Origin: Ruminococcus albus 7 = DSM 20455
GTDB lineage: Bacteria > Bacillota > Clostridia > Oscillospirales > Ruminococcaceae
Direction of reading: 5' to 3'
DNA: 32,000 nt
Assembly: GCF_000179635.2 (NCBI RefSeq)
Contig: NC_014833.1
Coordinates: forward strand, 3,480,001-3,512,000
In this document: piece after piece, positions 9,153 through 16,299 of the stretch
How positions within the stretch are numbered: the first letter of the stretch is position 1
How the letters are laid out: every line of letters starts with the position of its first letter
Notes under the pieces: model-generated
What the model was told of the DNA's origin: nothing
Database searches by the model: none
The model's input: only the letters and a program-made list of their open reading frames with translations
Translations under genes and position numbers: made by a program

Positions 9153-9926
9153 TTATGAATTGAATCGTGCTGCTTTTTCAAAGCTCATATTTCCTCCGAA
9201 GATATCGAGGGCGCTTCCTATGGTGAAATCCACCCTGCCTTTGCCCAACATTTTAAGCTTTTCAAGGTCATCAAAGGATGATATACCCCCCGCATAGGTG
9301 GCAGGCATACCTTCGATATCTCCCAGCATGGTTGCTACTCCGTCCTCGATCCCCCTTGCCTTGCCTTCAACATCTACTGCGTGTATAAGGAATTCATCAC
9401 AGTTGTTTCTAAGACGTTCTATGGTCTCGGGGCAGAGTTTTGTGTCGGTGAACTTCTGCCATCTGTCGGTGACGATGTAGTAGTCCTCTCCGCGCTTTCT
9501 GCATGAAAGGTCAAGCACCAGCCTGTCCCTGCCAACTGCGTTTTTCATAAGTGTGAGGTTATGCTCGTCTATCTCGCCGTTCCTGAAAACGAAGCTTGTG
9601 ACGATAACATGGCTTGCACCCTTGTCAAGGAAACCTGCGGCGTTTTTGTCGTTTATACCTCCGCCTATCTGCAAGCCGCCCTCAAAGGAACTCAGTGCGG
9701 AATATGCCTGCTGCAAGTCCTTTTCGTAGAACTCGCTGCCTGCGGGGTTCAGGATTATGATGTGTCCCCCTGTCAGCCCGCGGCTTTTGTAGAGTGCGCC
9801 GTAGTAGCCTCCGTCCTGTTCGGATACGAAATTATCCTGTGCTTTATTGCCTTTATCCGCAAGGCTTCCGCCCACTATCTGCTTTACACAGCCGTTGTGG
9901 ATATCTATACATGGTCTGAACTTCAT
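9153..9926 (-). CDS. hisA: HisA/HisF-fold protein, eukaryote-like (His6-type) ProFAR isomerase
   Basis: MKFRPCIDIHNGCVKQIVGGSL at the N-terminus and GGGINDKNA, HVIVTS and YAGGISS motifs match the His6-type 5-ProFAR isomerase pattern from memory. No other his genes are adjacent. Confidence 0.7.
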   Translation of the reverse strand: MKFRPCIDIHNGCVKQIVGGSLADKGNKAQDNFVSEQDGGYYGALYKSRGLTGGHIIILNPAGSEFYEKDLQQAYSALSSFEGGLQIGGGINDKNAAGFLDKGASHVIVTSFVFRNGEIDEHNLTLMKNAVGRDRLVLDLSCRKRGEDYYIVTDRWQKFTDTKLCPETIERLRNNCDEFLIHAVDVEGKARGIEDGVATMLGDIEGMPATYAGGISSFDDLEKLKMLGKGRVDFTIGSALDIFGGNMSFEKAARFNS

Positions 9927-10072
9927 GTCTTTACCTCCGCATCAGAGTATGCATAACATCTGAAATATACGTATATCCCAGATCCTAAAATACTTTTATT
10001 CCGCTGACACACCACGCTAAACAGCCTTTTGACGGGCAATATCAAGAGCCGGCGGTATTCTTTCCTGGTTTT

Positions 10073-10102
10073 ATTATACCACACCGTGTAATATATGTCA
10101 AA
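10073..10102 (-). promoter_or_regulatory. Sigma-A type promoter for the hisA-like operon
   Basis: The minus strand reads TTGACA (10102-10097), an 18-nt spacer ending in TGG, then TATAAT (10078-10073). This predicts a leader of about 140 nt. Confidence 0.55.
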
Positions 10103-10242
10103 CCTGCCGCCGCTGCAGGTATACCAAAGATACATAAACACCTGAAATGGCTTATTATATTAAAATTTTTTCACACCCGTACCCACCAATGCATAGATTG
10201 CCCAAAAATGCATAAGAAGCTTTGTTACGGTGTGTTTTTTTC

Positions 10243-10271
10243 TTGACAGAATATGCGTTTTGGTATATAAT
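10243..10271 (+). promoter_or_regulatory. Sigma-A type promoter for aconitase
   Basis: TTGACA (10243-10248), a 17-nt spacer, then TATAAT (10266-10271). Confidence 0.65.
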
Positions 10272-10334
10272 AGATGATGTATTATTATTTATGAAGGGCA
10301 CTCAGCCCTCGATAAAATATGGAGGAAGTTTTTT

Positions 10335-12275
10335 ATGGGACTTACACTTACTGAAAAGATTCTTAAAGCGCACCTTGTTGACGGTGAATTCGTCAAGGGT
10401 CAGGAGATCGGTATACGCATCGACCAGACTCTTACTCAGGACGCTACAGGTACTATGGCATACCTCGAGTATGAGGCTATGGGCGTGCCCCGCGTAAAGA
10501 CCGAGAAGAGTGTGGCTTACATTGACCACAACACTCTCCAGTCCGGTTTCGAGAACGCTGATGACCACAGATTCATCGGTTCTGTCTGCAAAAAGCACGG
10601 CATCTATTTCTCCAGACCCGGCAACGGTATCTGCCACCAGGTACATCTTGAAAGATTCGGTATCCCCGGCAAGACCCTTATCGGTTCTGACAGCCATACC
10701 CCCACAGGCGGCGGTATCGGCATGATCGCTATCGGTGCGGGCGGACTTGATGTTGCTGTTGCTATGGGCGGCGGCGCTTACTACATCACATACCCCAACA
10801 TCGTAAAGGTGAACCTGACAGGCAAGCTGTCTGCGTGGGTATCCGCTAAGGACGTTATACTGGAAGTTCTCAGAAGACTTTCCGTTAAGGGCGGCGTAGG
10901 CAAGGTAATAGAGTATTGCGGCGAAGGTGTAAAGACCCTGTCCGTTCCCGAGAGAGCTACCATCACAAACATGGGCGCTGAGCTTGGTGCTACTACCTCC
11001 ATATTCCCCTCTGATGAGATCACACTTTCCTTCCTGAAAGCACAGGAGAGAGCAGAGGTATGGACAGAGCTGAAGGCTGACGATGATGCTGTATACGATG
11101 AAGTTATCGACATCGACCTCAGCAAACTGACACCTATGGCAGCATGTCCTCACAGCCCTGACAATATCAAGACCGCAGAGGAACTCAGCGGCATGAAGAT
11201 AGATCAGGTATGTATCGGTTCATGCACAAACTCCTCCTATGTTGATATGATGAAGGTCGCTCATATCCTCAAGGGCAAGACCGTTCACCCCGATGTATCT
11301 CTGGCTATCGCTCCCGGCTCCAAGCAGGTGCTGAACATGATCGCAGAGAACGGCGCACTGGCTGATATGATCGCAGCAGGTGCAAGAATACTGGAATCCG
11401 CTTGCGGTCCCTGCATCGGTATGGGTCAGGCTCCTAACTCAAAGGGTATCTCTCTGAGAACCTTCAACAGAAACTTCCTCGGACGTTCCGGAACCAAGGA
11501 CGGTCAGATCTATCTGGTATCCCCTGAGCTGGCTGCTGCTTCCGCAGTTGCAGGTGTTCTCGTAGACCCCAGAACTCTCGGTGATATGCCCGAGATCAAG
11601 GTGCCCGAGCACTTCAAGATAAACGACAATATGGTAGTGCCTCCTGTAGCTGAGGCTGATATGGACAGCGTTGAGGTGCTGAGAGGTCCCAACATCAAGC
11701 CTTATCCCGAGACCGCTCCTCTGGTTGAGAGCATCGGCTGTCAGGTATCCCTGAAGGTAGGCGACAACATCACCACCGACCACATCATGCCCGCAGGTGC
11801 AAAGATACTCCCTCTGAGATCCAATATCCCTGCTATATCCCAGCACTGCTTCACAGTATGCGACGAGGATTTCCCCAGAAGAGCAAAGAACATGGAGAAG
11901 TCTATCATCGTTGGCGGTTCAAACTACGGTCAGGGCTCATCAAGAGAGCACGCAGCGCTTGCACCTCTGTATCTGGGCATCAAGGCTGTACTTGTCAAGA
12001 GCTTTGCACGTATCCACAGAGCTAACCTCATCAATGCAGGTATACTGCCTCTGACATTTGTAAACGAGGCTGACTACGACAAGATCGAGCAGGGTGACGA
12101 GATCGAGATCGCTAATGTACGCGCTGATATCGAAGCAGGCAAGACTCAGCTGACTGTTGTAAACAAGTCCAAGAATGTTGAGATACCCGTTCTCTGCGAA
12201 CTGACAGGCAGAACCAAGGATATCATCCTTGCAGGCGGTCTGCTTGACTACACAAGAGAGCAGCTCTCCAAGTAA
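10335..12275 (+). CDS. acn: Aconitate hydratase (about 645-aa aconitase of the mitochondrial-like type)
   Basis: Fe-S cluster ligand contexts are present (GSDSHTPTGGG, IGSCTNSS, CGPCIGMG), along with the swivel-domain motif GSSREHAA. An RBS GGAGGAAG lies upstream. Confidence 0.92.
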   Translation: MGLTLTEKILKAHLVDGEFVKGQEIGIRIDQTLTQDATGTMAYLEYEAMGVPRVKTEKSVAYIDHNTLQSGFENADDHRFIGSVCKKHGIYFSRPGNGICHQVHLERFGIPGKTLIGSDSHTPTGGGIGMIAIGAGGLDVAVAMGGGAYYITYPNIVKVNLTGKLSAWVSAKDVILEVLRRLSVKGGVGKVIEYCGEGVKTLSVPERATITNMGAELGATTSIFPSDEITLSFLKAQERAEVWTELKADDDAVYDEVIDIDLSKLTPMAACPHSPDNIKTAEELSGMKIDQVCIGSCTNSSYVDMMKVAHILKGKTVHPDVSLAIAPGSKQVLNMIAENGALADMIAAGARILESACGPCIGMGQAPNSKGISLRTFNRNFLGRSGTKDGQIYLVSPELAAASAVAGVLVDPRTLGDMPEIKVPEHFKINDNMVVPPVAEADMDSVEVLRGPNIKPYPETAPLVESIGCQVSLKVGDNITTDHIMPAGAKILPLRSNIPAISQHCFTVCDEDFPRRAKNMEKSIIVGGSNYGQGSSREHAALAPLYLGIKAVLVKSFARIHRANLINAGILPLTFVNEADYDKIEQGDEIEIANVRADIEAGKTQLTVVNKSKNVEIPVLCELTGRTKDIILAGGLLDYTREQLSK

Positions 12276-12288
12276 TATAGAAGATGAT

Positions 12289-12333
12289 ACATCGGTCTGC
12301 GGGGCATATCGTCCCGCAGATGTGATGTTTTTT
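12289..12333 (+). terminator. Intrinsic terminator after aconitase
   Basis: A composite stem ACATC..TCTGCGGGGC-atatc-GTCCCGCAGA..GATGT is followed by TTTTT. Confidence 0.7.
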
Positions 12334-12399
12334 GTGACGGGCTATCGCAGGTGCGATGGTCTGCCAGAGAAAACGATCAATAAGTCGAGGAGGCCAGAA

Positions 12400-12594
12400 A
12401 TGGGTGCAAGGGAAAGAAGTCCTTGGGAATATATCGGCGTTATCCTGTTCTGCGGGATATGTTTTCTTATCCTGAAAATCTTTTTCCCGGGCAGATGCTT
12501 TAACTGGTACCTGAACAGGATAAAGCTTATCGCTGCAATAGCAATAGTGCTTTTGGTGATCATATCGCTTATAAAACGCAGTGTAGAATTATGA
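12400..12594 (+). CDS. Small membrane protein (64 aa, two predicted TM segments)
   Basis: The ORF-track frame 12229..12594 is trimmed to the ATG at 12400, preceded by GAGGAGG. The upstream part of the tracked ORF overlaps the acn stop and terminator. Confidence 0.5.
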   Translation: MGARERSPWEYIGVILFCGICFLILKIFFPGRCFNWYLNRIKLIAAIAIVLLVIISLIKRSVEL

Positions 12595-12610
12595 ATATAA
12601 GGGGGATATC

Positions 12611-13678
12611 ATGTCCGACATTAAAATAAACAGGCGGCGAATGGATATGTCCGACCTTATGGGTGTGGATGATATCCCGCTGGACGAAGAGTTCTTTGAA
12701 GAGAAGATAAAGGAAATGGGAGATATCCCTGCGAAAAGCATCAGCCGCGCAAGGATGAAAAAGCCCGAAGAGAATATAGCTTCACTGGCTGACGGCAAAG
12801 TCGAGCTGGGAACGACCCGCGATGACAGTATGAGCAAGCTTTTCGGCACTGATGATATCAGATTGGACGAAGAGTTCTTTGAAGAAAAGATAAAAGAGAT
12901 GGAGGAGAACAAACCTCCCATACAGGAAAAACAGCTTACTGAATATGAACAGTGGCTGGAGGACGGTCTGAAAAAGGACAAGGGCTACGGCACTAAGGAT
13001 TCCTATGAAGGTGAGATACCCGAGGAAAAAGACAGCTATGCCGGCTCGACCTATGAACAATATGACAAGTGGCAGGAAGAGACCACTGCGATGATACGCG
13101 GTCTGAAAGCCCGTGACAGCATCAATGAAGCCCGTGACGAGAACATACACAAATCACTGTTCTTTGTAACGATAATGAAAAATAACGGTAATTATTCGGG
13201 CGACCCGAGTGAGATAATCGGTATGATAAAGACTGCGGCGTGGTATATACTCACTTCTGCGGCTATGCTGGGAGCTTTTTACTGCTTTGGTGCAAAGGGT
13301 GCTGACCTGATGATACCGTGGGGGATAGGCGGCGTTATCGGCGCGATAATCCGCTACAACGGAAAAGAAAATTATACACTCAGCGAATCCATAATAATGG
13401 GCGCAGTCGAGGTAGGCATACTCGGCGGCCTGACTGTAACATGGCTGCTGAGTCTTCTGCCTTTTGTTAATGATGATACCCCCATGCTGACGGTGGGCAT
13501 AGTGCTGGGCGGTGTAGGTGCTTTGATAGCCGAATTTATCAAGCTGAGAAAGACGCTTGCACGTCCTGCAAAGGAATGTTTCTATAAAATGGTGCCATTT
13601 GCTGTGGCTACGGTTTTCTTTGTGGCAGCAGCAATAGTTGTAAGCATGGTTTTCTCAATGATGCGCCGACACGGATAA
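12611..13678 (+). CDS. Membrane protein with an acidic N-terminal region carrying a duplicated DDIxLDEEFFEEKIKEM motif and a C-terminal multi-TM domain
   Basis: An RBS AAGGGGGA lies upstream. The internal repeat is at nt 12654-12726 and 12835-12907. The C-terminal third is hydrophobic, with 4-5 TM segments. I do not recognise a family. Confidence 0.7.
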   Translation: MSDIKINRRRMDMSDLMGVDDIPLDEEFFEEKIKEMGDIPAKSISRARMKKPEENIASLADGKVELGTTRDDSMSKLFGTDDIRLDEEFFEEKIKEMEENKPPIQEKQLTEYEQWLEDGLKKDKGYGTKDSYEGEIPEEKDSYAGSTYEQYDKWQEETTAMIRGLKARDSINEARDENIHKSLFFVTIMKNNGNYSGDPSEIIGMIKTAAWYILTSAAMLGAFYCFGAKGADLMIPWGIGGVIGAIIRYNGKENYTLSESIIMGAVEVGILGGLTVTWLLSLLPFVNDDTPMLTVGIVLGGVGALIAEFIKLRKTLARPAKECFYKMVPFAVATVFFVAAAIVVSMVFSMMRRHG

Positions 13679-13690
13679 GGAGGAATTTTT

Positions 13691-14596
13691 ATGAAAAAAA
13701 TAAACACAGCGATATTTATAACCGCTCTGGCAGTATGTCTTGCAGGCTGCGGAAATAAAGCCAAGAATGATACAAGCAGCAAAGCTGATGCTTCTTCGGC
13801 TGCTGACTCTTCCGTTGCTGAAACTATTACCGAAACTATCACAACAGCAGACGAAACAGAGGTAACCCTTCCCGAGGATACCGTCACAGTTACACGCGAG
13901 GATATGCCTGCGTGCGGCATGACCGTAAGTACCTTGACAGGCGACGATGAAAACAGCGCGACCACAGAAGACTTTGAAGCAAGAACAGGCGATGTTTTCT
14001 TTGAGGACTCCGAGGGTCACTGGTATCTCCCCGAGATAAGCGACCAGCAGGAATATCTGATAAAAGCAGAAACTGACCAGCCTATCATAAATATATTCGA
14101 GATCAACGACGACTACGTTATGATCAATCTTATTGAAAATATCCCCTTTGGTGATACAAAGGATATCGCATCCACATTTCATCTTCTTAACGATGTCAAC
14201 TTCAGCCATAAGATAGTTTTCAGCAGTTCAGATAAAACACAGGGCGACACTCCTGTATGCAAGATGACTGTCAACACCACTTACGGCGGCACAGATGAAA
14301 ACGGCAACGAGTTGGAAAGCGGAACTTTCTCAGATGATTTTGAGATCAAAGGCGGCGATATATTCTTTGAAGATCCGGATGGTCACTGGTATCTTCCCGA
14401 GGTTAATGAGAAGGGCGAGTTCATCCTCAAAAGCGACTTTGATGTGCCTATAATAGAGATAAAAGCAGTCGGCGGCAGCAGTGCAAGCATAAATCTTGTA
14501 GATACAGTAAACTACGGTGATACAAGAGATGTTGCATCCAATATTGCATCTTCCGACCTCACCCACAAGGTAACATTTACAGAAAAGAGCGAATGA
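13691..14596 (+). CDS. Lipoprotein made of two tandem homologous domains of about 125 aa
   Basis: An RBS AAGGAGGA lies upstream and the lipobox is LAGC|GN. Both halves share C-x-MTV, GD(V/I)FFED..GHWYLPE, GDT(K/R)D(I/V)AS and HK(I/V)(V/T)F. Confidence 0.75.
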   Translation: MKKINTAIFITALAVCLAGCGNKAKNDTSSKADASSAADSSVAETITETITTADETEVTLPEDTVTVTREDMPACGMTVSTLTGDDENSATTEDFEARTGDVFFEDSEGHWYLPEISDQQEYLIKAETDQPIINIFEINDDYVMINLIENIPFGDTKDIASTFHLLNDVNFSHKIVFSSSDKTQGDTPVCKMTVNTTYGGTDENGNELESGTFSDDFEIKGGDIFFEDPDGHWYLPEVNEKGEFILKSDFDVPIIEIKAVGGSSASINLVDTVNYGDTRDVASNIASSDLTHKVTFTEKSE

Positions 14597-14598
14597 CC

Positions 14599-14769
14599 AT
14601 GAATTTAGCAGTATTTCTGATAATCTATTTCGTAGTGCTTATCATAGTCAGATTTGCATCGGTAAAATTCATACCAGGCAAAAGCAAGAACTTCTATATG
14701 GCAATACTGCGAGTAGTTTCAGGCATAATGATCATAATAATCGCGATATATGAATTGAAGCATATGTAA
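14599..14769 (+). CDS. Possible small two-TM protein (56 aa), not in the ORF track
   Basis: An ATG lies 2 nt after the upstream stop. The translation is MNLAVFLIIYFVVLIIVRFASVKFIPGKSKNFYMAILRVVSGIMIIIIAIYELKHM. There is no strong RBS, so translational coupling would be needed. Confidence 0.4.
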   Translation: MNLAVFLIIYFVVLIIVRFASVKFIPGKSKNFYMAILRVVSGIMIIIIAIYELKHM

Positions 14770-14852
14770 CGCAAACAGATGTTTAAGATAATAAGGGAAA
14801 TTCTGCGGCAGGCGAACTGCCGTTTGATAAATTGGTAAGGAGGGCTATTTTA

Positions 14853-16064
14853 ATGGCTAAGATTCAGATGAAAACACCGCTGGTCGAAATGGACGGCGAC
14901 GAGATGACAAGGATAATCTGGCAGGAGATAAAGGACATACTGATAACACCTTATGTTGATCTCAAGTCGGATTACTACGATCTTGGACTCGTTCACAGAA
15001 ACGAGACCAACGATCAGGTAACTGTTGATTCAGCAAACGCTACCAAGAAGTACGGCGTTGCAGTAAAGTGCGCTACCATAACACCTAATGCTGCAAGAAT
15101 GACAGAGTATAATCTGAAAGAGATGTGGAAGTCCCCTAACGGCACTATCCGTGCTATGCTGGACGGCACTGTTTTCAGAACACCTATACTCGTTAAGGGA
15201 ATAACACCCTATATCCCCACATGGACAAAGCCTATCACTATCGCACGTCATGCTTACGGCGATGTTTACAAGAATGTTGAGATGAAGTGCCCCGCAGGTG
15301 CCAAGGCTGAACTGGTATGCACCGATAAGGACGGCAACGAGACCCGTGAGACTATCTACAACTTTGAGTGCGACGGCGTTATACAGGGTATGCACAACAA
15401 GTCTACCTCTATAGCATCATTTGCAAAGAGCGTTTTCAACTTCGCACTGGATACCAAGCAGGACGTTTGGTTCGCAACAAAGGATACCATATCCAAGAAA
15501 TATGACCACACATTCAAGGATATCTTCAACGAGATATTCGAGAACGAGTACAAGGCTAAGTTTGAAGCTGCAGGCATCGAGTATTTCTACACACTGATAG
15601 ACGATGCTGTTGCAAGAGTTGTACGTTCAAACGGCGGCTACATCTGGGCTTGCAAGAACTACGACGGTGACGTTATGTCCGACATGGTAGCTACAGCTTA
15701 CGGTTCACTGGCTATGATGACTTCCGTACTGGTATCGCCCGATGGCGTATACGAGTTCGAGGCTGCACACGGCACAGTTCAGAGACACTACTACAAGCAC
15801 CTGAAGGGCGAGGAGACTTCTACAAACTCTGTTGCTACACTGTTTGCATGGACAGGTGCGCTTCGCAAGAGAGGCGAGCTGGACGAGCTGCCCGAGCTGG
15901 TAAACTTTGCTGATTGTCTTGAAAAGGCAACTATCAAGACCATTGAAGACGGCATAATGACAGGTGATCTGTACCTGCTCTCCAAGCTGGAGAACAAGCA
16001 GAAGGTCAACACAGAGGACTTCCTGAAGGCTGTTGACGAAAGACTGAAGGCTATGCTCGGCTGA
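14853..16064 (+). CDS. icd: NADP-dependent isocitrate dehydrogenase (eukaryote-like homodimeric type, about 403 aa)
   Basis: The start [23 protein letters not shown] and the motifs [14 protein letters not shown] and HGTV.RHY are typical. The start is trimmed to the ATG at 14853, behind AAGGAGGG. Confidence 0.92.
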   Translation: MAKIQMKTPLVEMDGDEMTRIIWQEIKDILITPYVDLKSDYYDLGLVHRNETNDQVTVDSANATKKYGVAVKCATITPNAARMTEYNLKEMWKSPNGTIRAMLDGTVFRTPILVKGITPYIPTWTKPITIARHAYGDVYKNVEMKCPAGAKAELVCTDKDGNETRETIYNFECDGVIQGMHNKSTSIASFAKSVFNFALDTKQDVWFATKDTISKKYDHTFKDIFNEIFENEYKAKFEAAGIEYFYTLIDDAVARVVRSNGGYIWACKNYDGDVMSDMVATAYGSLAMMTSVLVSPDGVYEFEAAHGTVQRHYYKHLKGEETSTNSVATLFAWTGALRKRGELDELPELVNFADCLEKATIKTIEDGIMTGDLYLLSKLENKQKVNTEDFLKAVDERLKAMLG

Positions 16065-16077
16065 TCATAAAAATTCA

Positions 16078-16109
16078 AAGCGGAGAGCTTTTGCTCTCCG
16101 CTTTTTTTG
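16078..16109 (+). terminator. Intrinsic terminator after icd
   Basis: AAAGCGGAGAGC-tttt-GCTCTCCGCTTT is followed by a T-run. Confidence 0.85.
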
Positions 16110-16253
16110 CGACCATAAATCGCGCCTTATCCATTAACAAACAGCTGCCGCGGCGGATATAACGGGCTTTTCACGGGAGATACATTCCACCCGCCACCGA
16201 TGCGGCGGTGAGCCGTTTTAATATCTTATGCTTTTTACACATGATATGACACA

Positions 16254-16285
16254 TAAAAAGAGCCGCCGTTAAATCGGCGGCTCTC
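16254..16285 (-). terminator. Intrinsic terminator on the minus strand, the proposed 3' end of the repeat-containing transcript
   Basis: The minus strand reads GAGCCGCCG-atttaa-CGGCGGCTC then TTTTT (the plus-strand A-run 16255-16259). Confidence 0.7.
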
Positions 16286-16299
16286 TGACGATCCAAAAT

